Source: an uncultured Acidobacteriota bacterium (GTDB taxonomy: Bacteria; Acidobacteriota; Vicinamibacteria; Vicinamibacterales; 2-12-FULL-66-21). From it: 64,000 nucleotides of DNA. The DNA lies in contig CAWJYM010000004.1 in the NCBI GenBank assembly GCA_963847125.1, positions 2,851,436 through 2,915,435 of the forward strand. The letters run 5' to 3'. The notes below the pieces were generated by a model. It made no database searches and had not been told where the DNA came from. It was given only the letters and a program-made list of their open reading frames with translations. Positions 56,453-64,000 of this stretch are shown one piece after another. The translations under genes were made by a program, and so were the position numbers. Numbering within the stretch: position 1 is the first letter of the stretch; the number at the start of each line of letters is the position of its first letter.

Positions 56453-57724
56453 CTACACGATAGTCCCGGCTGGAATCGTCGCGGCTTTGGGAACGATGAC
56501 GATGCCGTCCCGGATGTAGTACCCGTCCCCATCCGCGCGGTCGATCCCCTGGGCGTTTGTCAGGCGCGCGCCGTCGCCGATCCGCGCGTTCTTGTCGACC
56601 ACGACACGATCCAGGACCACGTCGCGGCCGATCCCGAGCGGTGTTTCGACGAGTCGGGCATCGTCTGGGTCTTCGTAGATGTCGGCGCCGAGAAGCACGG
56701 AGCGTGTGATGCTCGCGCCGCGCCGGACGACGGTCCGGATGCCCACCACCGACGTGCCGACCGTGCACAACTCGAGCGAGCACCCGTCGCAGACGATCGC
56801 CGAGTCGACGCGGGAGTCGATGAAACGCGAGCCGGGGAGGAAGCGCTGGTGCGTGTAGATCGGCGCCTGCGGATGGAAGAAACGGAACGGCGCGTCGGGG
56901 CGTGTGAGCATGATGTTCGCCTCGTAGAAGGAAGCGATCGTGCCGACGTCCGCCCAGTAGCCGCGGAACAGGTAGGCGTGAACCCGGTGGGTGGAGAGCG
57001 CCGCAGGAATGACTTCCTTGCCGAAGTCGACTCCGGGCTTCGTCAGAATGTCGAGGAGCGCGTCGCGGGAGAAGACGTACAACCCCATCGACGCGACGAA
57101 CGGTTTGCCCGAGGTCCTGGGTGCGAACGCCGAGCCGGACGGCACGCTCTGGCCGAGCGCGGCGAGGCGGTCCCGGTCCGGCTTTTCCTCGAAGCCGACG
57201 ATGTGCCCCTCGCGGTCGAAGCGAAAGATGCCCATTCCGGTGGCATCCGCGGGACCGACCGCCTGCGCGGCGATCGTGATGTCCGCTCCCGTCTCGATGT
57301 GCGTTTCGACCATCTCGCAGAAGTCCATCCGGTAGAGATGATCGCCCGCGAGAATCAAATAGTACTCGGCGTCGAGCCCCGTAAAATGGCGCGCCGCCTG
57401 GCGGACGGCGTCGGCGGTTCCCTGAAACCAGTCTGCATTGTCGGGCGTTTGTTCGGCCGCAAGGACCTCGACGAAGCCACCAGAGAAGGAATCGAGCCGG
57501 TAGGTCTGCGCGACGTGCCGGTTGAGCGACGCCGAGTTGAACTGCGTCAGCACGAAGATCCGCTTCAGTCCCGCGTGCAGACAATTGCTGATCGGAACGT
57601 CGATCAGGCGGTACTGGCCGCCGATCGGCACGGCGGGCTTCGATCGCATGTGCGTGAGCGGAAACAGCCGGGTGCCTCGGCCCCCGCCCAGGATGATCGT
57701 GAGGACGTCACGCATGTCCGGCAT
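56453..57724 (-). CDS. glgC: Glucose-1-phosphate adenylyltransferase
   Basis: 423 aa. [14 protein letters not shown], left-handed beta-helix C-terminus. Confidence 0.95.
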   Translation of the reverse strand: MPDMRDVLTIILGGGRGTRLFPLTHMRSKPAVPIGGQYRLIDVPISNCLHAGLKRIFVLTQFNSASLNRHVAQTYRLDSFSGGFVEVLAAEQTPDNADWFQGTADAVRQAARHFTGLDAEYYLILAGDHLYRMDFCEMVETHIETGADITIAAQAVGPADATGMGIFRFDREGHIVGFEEKPDRDRLAALGQSVPSGSAFAPRTSGKPFVASMGLYVFSRDALLDILTKPGVDFGKEVIPAALSTHRVHAYLFRGYWADVGTIASFYEANIMLTRPDAPFRFFHPQAPIYTHQRFLPGSRFIDSRVDSAIVCDGCSLELCTVGTSVVGIRTVVRRGASITRSVLLGADIYEDPDDARLVETPLGIGRDVVLDRVVVDKNARIGDGARLTNAQGIDRADGDGYYIRDGIVIVPKAATIPAGTIV

Positions 57725-57823
57725 TGTACCGTTCTGGTACGAGTGACCGGTGAGGCCACTACCTGGTGACGAGGCCGTATCTATCGATGGATATGGCAGT
57801 TGCCCTTAAACGTCGAGTGAGTG

Positions 57824-57840
57824 TTTACACAGTATTTACA
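57824..57840 (+). promoter_or_regulatory. Direct repeat TTTACA-N5-TTTACA (11-bp period), Pho-box-like
   Basis: gtgTTTACAcagtaTTTACAgcag, in an AT-richer stretch ~45 nt upstream of ATG 57885. Confidence 0.4.
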
Positions 57841-57884
57841 GCAGACCCAGAACCCAATCGTGTACAAACGCCGTCTACTTGGGT

Positions 57885-58118
57885 ATGAGCCGAAACGGAG
57901 TGTTGCGCATGTTTTCACGACAGCTCACGCACGCCGGTCACGTCCGCCGGTTTCTGGTCAACGAGGCCGGAGCCTCCGGGTGGGAGGTGCGTGAGGAGCG
58001 AGACAGCCGGACCGTGCACCACGTGTGGTGCAGCGACTGGCACCGCGTCGAGCGCAAGCTGATCGATTTCGACCGCAGGATTGCCGAGCTCGAACGCGAA
58101 GGATGGGTGAGCGCGTAG
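57885..58118 (+). CDS. Small conserved-looking hypothetical protein
   Basis: 77 aa (79 if TTG 57879 is used) with high GC3 throughout. GWEVREERD...DWHRVERKLIDFDRRIAELEREGW. Confidence 0.45.
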   Translation: MSRNGVLRMFSRQLTHAGHVRRFLVNEAGASGWEVREERDSRTVHHVWCSDWHRVERKLIDFDRRIAELEREGWVSA

Positions 58119-58131
58119 GGTCGCCCCGGCC

Positions 58132-58839
<708 letters not shown>

Positions 58840-58966
58840 GTGTTTGGAAAGGCTATCGCCAGAGGGTTTCCGCAGCGTGTCGGACAGGTTACGAGGGGGT
58901 TAAACCGACGGTAATGACGAGGAGGCGGCGGCGGCACGCTGTCGCCGCCTCCCGCATCTCGAAATC

Positions 58967-61900
58967 TCAGAACACGAAGCGTGCGCCGAACTGCATGACC
59001 CTCGGCCCGCCCACCGAGTCGGTGATCTTGCCGAAGTCGGTGCCGGGGTCGCCGATGACGTTGTTGGGCACCGCGTAATTCACCCAATCGAAGACGTTGA
59101 AGATGTCCCACCGCAGCTCGAGCGATCGCGCCCCGAGATTGAACGTCTTCGCGATCATCAGGTCGAGACGCTTCTGATAGTTCGCCCGCAGCGCATTACG
59201 GCCGAGGTTGCCGAACCCCAGATTGTCAGGATAGCCGCCCGCGAGCGTCTGCGGCGAGCACAGGACCGACGCGTTGAACGCCTGCTCCGTCGGATCTGCT
59301 CCTTCCTGCTGCAGCTCATCGAGCGTGCCGCAAAGGCTCGGACGGCCGAACCCGAGCCGATAGAGACCGCCGGAGCCGAGGCGCACGCTGGTGTAGTTGG
59401 CCGCCGTCGACGTCTCGGGTTCCGCGGCGACGATCGAGTACGGAACTCCGGACTGGACCTGGCCGTATCCAGACAGCCTGAAGCCCGCCGGAAGATTCCA
59501 CACGAAGCTGCCGGCGAAGCGGTGCGTCCTGTCGAAATCCGACAGCGCGTAGCTGCTGTCGGGATTGCGGTTGTCTCCCTGAATCACGAACCCGGTATTA
59601 GGCACATCCGGCTTGCCTCCGCCCGCCGTGCTTCCCGGATCCACCGAGTTTTCATCCTTTGACTCGGACAGCGTATAAGCGGCGTTGATCTGGAAGTTGT
59701 TCGACAGCCGTTTCGTGACTGAGGTCTGGAAGGCGTTGTACTGCGAGCGCCCTTTCGACTGCAGCAGGACCGCCTCCGGAATGTTGAAGCCGAGGATCGG
59801 TCCGCGCGCCTCGAACCCGATGACGGCCCCTGCCGCGTTGGCTAGGTTGTGGTCGAGCATGCCGCCCAGCGTGCTATTCGGGAAGCCGAAGGCCCGGCCG
59901 ACCCCGCGCGCCTTCTCTGTCGATCCGGCGTTGAGCGGACCGTTGGGGCTGCCGGCCGCCAGATAGGCGGCGTTGAACCGGCCGAAGATGTAGTCCGGCG
60001 TCGCGGGGTCGTTCAGATCGTAGCCCTGGTTGAAGGCGACGGCCTGCAACAGGTCGGTACCCTTGCTGCCGATGTAGCGCCCCTCGACGACCCAGGAGTC
60101 CCCGAACTCGCGCTGGAAGCCGACGTTGTACTGGTGGTAGTACGGCGTCTTCATGTCGCGATCGATCGCGCGGAACTCGAACGTCTCGGCGATGTTGCCG
60201 CGGAAGGGCTGCCCCGTGGCGGGGTCGATCGGGTTGAGCGTGCCGTCGGCGCCGCGGATGACTGCCGTGCCATCGCGAATCTGGTAGGTGCCGTTGGCGC
60301 CAGCGGTCCGCACGATCCGGTTGGGCAAGTATCCAGAAAATGGGAAGTTCGGATCCTGCTGGGAGTACGCCGAGGCGAACGGCACGGCGCGGTCTGGAAA
60401 GGTGACCTCGACCTCCCGCAGGAACGGATAGTTGCTGAAGACGGTGTTGATGAACGCGGCTGAGGGGCGGTCGTAGTAGATCCCGTAGCCGCCGCGGATG
60501 ACGAGCTTCCCGTCCTCAGCTGGCGTCCACGCGAATCCGAGCCGCGGCGCGACGTTGTTGAGGTCGTAGCCGTTGAGGGTGTGCTTGTTGTCCGCTTGGG
60601 TCGTGACCGCGAGGGTCTGGTCGATCGCGTTGAAGCCCGTCGTGGAGACGTTGTTCGGCACGACGAATCCCGCGACCGGGTTCTCGGTGTTGCTGATGGC
60701 CGCGAAGTCGACGTTCCCGATCCGTCCATCCTTCTCCCACGGCCACCCGAAGAACTCGTATCGCACGCCGAGGTTCAGCGTGAGCCTCGAGCTCAGCTTC
60801 CAGTCATCGGCGACGAAGAGGTGAAAGTCCTGAAAGCGGAACTGTTTGCTCGTGATCCCGAACTGCGTGTCTCCCTCGCGAGCGAGGCCTCGCAGGAACA
60901 TCGTGAAATTCTCGAACTTCTCGAACTCCGTCGCCTGCTCCTCGGGAAGGCTCGTGTCGAACATGTTGAACTTGTACTCGCCGCCGAAGCGCAGCGTGTG
61001 CGCCCCTCGCGTCCAGGTCATCGTCTGGCCGGCGCTGTAGATCCACTGCTCGCGCTGGTTGAACGAGTCGTTGGGCCCGCCGAAGGAAAACCGCTCGAGG
61101 ATCGATCCGGGGTTCCCCACGTAGTGGCCGAGCCGCCGGGTCGCATCGCTGTCGTCGAAGAAGGTCGCCGGATTCGGGATGCCGACCGACGCGTTGGTGA
61201 TGCTGAGGAACGGGTCATCGAGCCGGCGGTTGTTGTCGAGGAAGAAAACCCCGAACCGCGACTCGCCGATCGTGGACGCGGACCAGATCTGGGTATCCGA
61301 GAGGGCGAAGACCCGCGCCCGGTCGGCGCGGCGCAGCGTATGAGGCGACGCCAGGCTGAACGGATCGGGGAAGGAGTCGAGCGCCGGGAAGTCGGAATAG
61401 AAAAACGTGCCGCTCAGCCGATTGTTGTCGGTAAGCTGCGCATCGAGCTTCAAGTTGACCTGATCCTGCTGGTACTCCGACGGCTGGACGTTCCGCTGAC
61501 GCATCCACGGATTTCCGCCGACCGATAACGTCGAGCCGGATCCCGCGTTGGCGTCGCGAAGCGTCTGGCCCGTCGGCCCAACGATGAGCGCCGCGTTGGC
61601 GGCCGGCGCCGGGATGAGGAAATCACCGGTGACCGGGTTCCGCAAGTTGAGCAACGCCATCGCGACGTCCGAGATGCAGGCGCGGTCGGACGGGGACGAG
61701 CACTGGGCCTTGGGAATCGACGTGAGGATCCCCGGGTTGAGAGCCGCGAAGGCGTTGAGGACGCTCTGCTTCGACGTTCTGTCCGCGATCAAGCCGAGCG
61801 CCTGCGGCAGAACCGTGATGCTGCTGGCCGTCGGCACGAACCCGGTCTCGGCCTGCGTGCGCTGGTAGCCGCCGAAGAAAAACACCTTGTTCCTGCGGAG

Positions 61901-62803
61901 CGGCCCGCCAATCACGAAACCGCCTTCGTTGCGCCGAGCCTTGGGCTTGTCGATCCCGTCCTTCTCGAAGAAGAAATCGTTCGAGTTCAGCCCCTCGTGC
62001 TGCCCCGAGTAATACAGGGATCCCCGGTAGTCGTTCGTTCCGCTCTTGGTGACCAGCTGGAAGTTGCCGCCACCCGAGCGGCCCGTGGAGGCGTCGTACA
62101 GGCTCGTCTGAAGCTTGACCTCCTGGAGCGTCTCCGACGCCGGCGAGATGTTGTCGTTGAGCGAGCCCTCGTTGTTCGTGACGTTGGTCACGTCGATCCC
62201 GTTGAAGAACAGGCTCGTGCTGGTCGTTCGCGTGCCGTTGACCGACGGGGAAATATTGCCCGTGCCGTTCACGAGCACGGGCGGGAGGTCCGAGCTCACG
62301 CCAGCCTCCGCCGACAGCAGATGGGTGAAGCTGCCCGTGCCGGTCGGGATCTGCACCAGGTCGGCCGACGAGAGTTGACGGTAGGTCGTCGGCGTGCTGT
62401 GTTCGAGGAGCTGCACGCCGCCGCTCACGGTGATCACCTCCGCCACGCCGCCGACCTCGAGCGTCGCCGGCACGCCCCGGCTGACGGCGGCCTCGACGTC
62501 AACGGCTTCGCGCGATACTTTTTTGAACCCAGCAAGCTCGAACGACACCGTGTAGCGACCGACCGGCAGGACCTGCACCGCCCAGGCACCCTCAGCGTCG
62601 CTCGTCGTCGTCCGCGTGAGCCCCGTGGCGGGGTTGAGCGCCGTCACCGTGACGCCGGGCAGCACCGCTCCGCTCGAATCTCTGACAACCCCAGACAACG
62701 AACCCGTTGAACTCGCCTGCGCGAACAGGGACGTAGGGCCAACGAGGGCCAGTTCCCCGACAATCGCAAGGATGATCGCAAGCCGGATGCGTGTCACTTT
62801 CAT
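58967..62803 (-). CDS. Giant TonB-dependent-receptor-like outer membrane protein with carboxypeptidase-regulatory-like N-domain
   Basis: ~1278 aa from MKVTRIRLAIILAI. SGVVRDSSGAVLPGVTVTALNPATGLTRTTTSDAEGAW, C-terminal ...MQFGARFVF. Confidence 0.85.
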   Translation of the reverse strand: MKVTRIRLAIILAIVGELALVGPTSLFAQASSTGSLSGVVRDSSGAVLPGVTVTALNPATGLTRTTTSDAEGAWAVQVLPVGRYTVSFELAGFKKVSREAVDVEAAVSRGVPATLEVGGVAEVITVSGGVQLLEHSTPTTYRQLSSADLVQIPTGTGSFTHLLSAEAGVSSDLPPVLVNGTGNISPSVNGTRTTSTSLFFNGIDVTNVTNNEGSLNDNISPASETLQEVKLQTSLYDASTGRSGGGNFQLVTKSGTNDYRGSLYYSGQHEGLNSNDFFFEKDGIDKPKARRNEGGFVIGGPLRRNKVFFFGGYQRTQAETGFVPTASSITVLPQALGLIADRTSKQSVLNAFAALNPGILTSIPKAQCSSPSDRACISDVAMALLNLRNPVTGDFLIPAPAANAALIVGPTGQTLRDANAGSGSTLSVGGNPWMRQRNVQPSEYQQDQVNLKLDAQLTDNNRLSGTFFYSDFPALDSFPDPFSLASPHTLRRADRARVFALSDTQIWSASTIGESRFGVFFLDNNRRLDDPFLSITNASVGIPNPATFFDDSDATRRLGHYVGNPGSILERFSFGGPNDSFNQREQWIYSAGQTMTWTRGAHTLRFGGEYKFNMFDTSLPEEQATEFEKFENFTMFLRGLAREGDTQFGITSKQFRFQDFHLFVADDWKLSSRLTLNLGVRYEFFGWPWEKDGRIGNVDFAAISNTENPVAGFVVPNNVSTTGFNAIDQTLAVTTQADNKHTLNGYDLNNVAPRLGFAWTPAEDGKLVIRGGYGIYYDRPSAAFINTVFSNYPFLREVEVTFPDRAVPFASAYSQQDPNFPFSGYLPNRIVRTAGANGTYQIRDGTAVIRGADGTLNPIDPATGQPFRGNIAETFEFRAIDRDMKTPYYHQYNVGFQREFGDSWVVEGRYIGSKGTDLLQAVAFNQGYDLNDPATPDYIFGRFNAAYLAAGSPNGPLNAGSTEKARGVGRAFGFPNSTLGGMLDHNLANAAGAVIGFEARGPILGFNIPEAVLLQSKGRSQYNAFQTSVTKRLSNNFQINAAYTLSESKDENSVDPGSTAGGGKPDVPNTGFVIQGDNRNPDSSYALSDFDRTHRFAGSFVWNLPAGFRLSGYGQVQSGVPYSIVAAEPETSTAANYTSVRLGSGGLYRLGFGRPSLCGTLDELQQEGADPTEQAFNASVLCSPQTLAGGYPDNLGFGNLGRNALRANYQKRLDLMIAKTFNLGARSLELRWDIFNVFDWVNYAVPNNVIGDPGTDFGKITDSVGGPRVMQFGARFVF

Positions 62804-63011
62804 TGGTCTCCTCAGGCAGTACACGGGCGTCCGCATGACGCCCGAAACCCTCACACCGTATGCGGCGGCGGTGATCGGGTTGCGACACCTCGGTTACATC
62901 GACGTTAAATCCCAAGGTTCCCTTGGGCGTTTGACCACGTTACAGACGTCGCAGAAGGGTTGCGGTGATGTGACGTTCAGCGCGGCGGGTTCATTCGGAC
63001 AGACGCGGATC

Positions 63012-63527
63012 CTACTTCAGCTGGCGCTCTTCTCGCAGCTGGCCGATCTCGTCGAGCTTTCGCTTCAGCGTGAGCTTGTCGAGCAAGTCGAGGCGCAGGC
63101 TCGTGAAAATCTTGAGCCGCGCATCGAGCTCGACGAACGCGGTGTAGAACGCGCGGGCCTTTGCCTCGTCCGTGCCCTGGACGGCCGCAGGATCCTGGAT
63201 CCCCCAATGTGCCGTGATCGGCTGGCCTGGCCACACCGGGCAGACTTCCTGCGCGGCGGTATCGCACACGGTGAACACGAAATCGAGCGGAGGCGCATCC
63301 GGTGTCGCGAACTCGTCCCAGCTCTTGCTTCGCGCGTTCTGGCTCGGGATTCGATTGCGACGCAGTAAATCGAGCGCGAGAGGGTGCACTTCACCTTTCG
63401 GGTGACTGCCCGCACTGAACGCCTGAAAGCGTCCGCGGCCCCAGACGTTCAAGAGGGCCTCCGCCATGATGCTGCGCGCCGAGTTGCCAGTGCAGAGAAA
63501 CAGAACGTTGAAGCGGCGTTCGGCCAT
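63012..63527 (-). CDS. arsC: Arsenate reductase, LMW-PTP (thioredoxin-coupled) type
   Basis: FNVLFLCTGNSARS P-loop. ATG 63527 is preceded by AAGGAG 6 nt upstream. Confidence 0.85.
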   Translation of the reverse strand: MAERRFNVLFLCTGNSARSIMAEALLNVWGRGRFQAFSAGSHPKGEVHPLALDLLRRNRIPSQNARSKSWDEFATPDAPPLDFVFTVCDTAAQEVCPVWPGQPITAHWGIQDPAAVQGTDEAKARAFYTAFVELDARLKIFTSLRLDLLDKLTLKRKLDEIGQLREERQLK

Positions 63528-63625
63528 TGTGAACTCCTTGCCAGTCACCTATGCGGATTACACCAACTTGGTAGGCGCGGTCAACATGGGTTGGCGAGTC
63601 CATGCGCGACAGAAACAACAGACGC

Positions 63626-63655
63626 TTGACAAATCAGGGACGGCAGGACTATAGT
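63626..63655 (+). promoter_or_regulatory. Sigma-70-like promoter TTGACA-18nt-TATAGT for the MarR-type gene
   Basis: Read directly. The -10 hexamer ends 14 nt before ATG 63670. Confidence 0.55.
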
Positions 63656-63669
63656 TGTCACTACCAACT

Positions 63670-64000
63670 ATGGGCCGAACATCAACCACAAGGGCGGAGC
63701 CCAGACAGTCGGCGCTGGATCGCGATGCGGTCGCGTTACAAGCGGCCGTCGCCGACCTCGTCCGCGTCTACCAGTTTCGCGACCGCGACCGCATCTGTTG
63801 CCACGACGTGTCCGTGACGCAGTGCTACGCGCTGGAGACCCTTGTCGACCAGGGGCCAATGCGCCTCAGCGCGCTGGCGGGGCAGCTGTTTCTGGACAAA
63901 AGCACGACCAGCCGGGTCGTCAGCACGCTGGTCCGCAAGGGATACGTCGAGCAACGCGCGGATGCGAAGGACGGTCGAGCGACGACCTTGACCGCCACGC
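63670..64000 (+). CDS. MarR-family winged-helix transcriptional regulator (partial, runs off right edge)
   Basis: Hand translation: MGRTSTTRAEPRQSALDRDAVALQ...VSVTQCYALETLVDQGPMRLSALAGQLFLDKSTTSRVVSTLVRKGYVEQRAD. Confidence 0.75.
   Translation, partial: MGRTSTTRAEPRQSALDRDAVALQAAVADLVRVYQFRDRDRICCHDVSVTQCYALETLVDQGPMRLSALAGQLFLDKSTTSRVVSTLVRKGYVEQRADAKDGRATTLTAT

Noticed and set aside
55860-57769. 574-aa - strand and 629-aa + strand ORFs
   Set aside because: They overlap glgC (clear motifs) and the HExxH ORF, with an Arg/Gly/Pro-rich shadow composition.
62880-62945. GTTACA / GTTAAA repeats upstream of the giant TonB-like gene as a Pho box
   Set aside because: The orientation is opposite to the gene and the hexamers are less regular than at the three reported sites. 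The evidence is too weak to call.

Overview
The window is a visibly GC-rich (roughly two-thirds G+C by eye, not computed), gene-dense bacterial chromosomal segment. Its gene content looks Acidobacteria-like: carboxypeptidase-regulatory-domain TonB receptors, DUF4159/MoxR/DUF58 operon, many PP2C phosphatases. That taxonomic guess is an inference. I found no rRNA, tRNA, CRISPR array, transposase or integrase. I call about 53 protein-coding genes.

Main blocks:
(a) 1-5415: Ser/Thr kinase, glycosyltransferase, Lon and an M28 peptidase, all on the minus strand.
(b) 5513-9507: a small lipid-tailoring cluster with a KAS I/II-type ketosynthase, a geranylgeranyl-reductase-like flavoprotein and two ICMT-type membrane methyltransferases.
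(c) 12524-26369: a 13.8-kb, nine-gene same-strand operon. It runs TPR-gluzincin, DUF4159, MoxR AAA+, DUF58, BatA-like vWA, a giant DUF4175-like coiled-coil protein, a vWA/GATase1-like membrane protein, and a legumain (C13)-fold protein lacking the nucleophile Cys. This is the best candidate here for a mechanistically undescribed system.
(d) 26366-35961: secreted or membrane hydrolases, including PhoD.
(e) 36082-42109: a metal-uptake island (small Cys/His protein, TonB receptor, coiled-coil porin, ZnuA, ZnuB, zinc-ribbon protein) with no ABC ATPase.
(f) 45352-58839: a phosphate/polyphosphate supercluster. It holds gltA, yacG, phoU-pstBACS, two tandem divergent thymidylate-kinase-fold genes, ppx, CHAD, sixA, glgC and an orphan OmpR/PhoB-type regulator, with TTACAC-type direct repeats at three promoters.
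(g) 58967-64000: a giant TonB-like outer-membrane protein, arsC and a MarR-type regulator.

Several families of short repeats sit immediately 3' of stop codons in sense orientation: a GCAGCCCTGAAGGGCTGC hairpin, 9-bp tandem arrays and GGAT-rich arrays. One FHA-GAF-PP2C gene is frameshifted. All functional calls come from motif recognition in the supplied translations, and no database search was possible.
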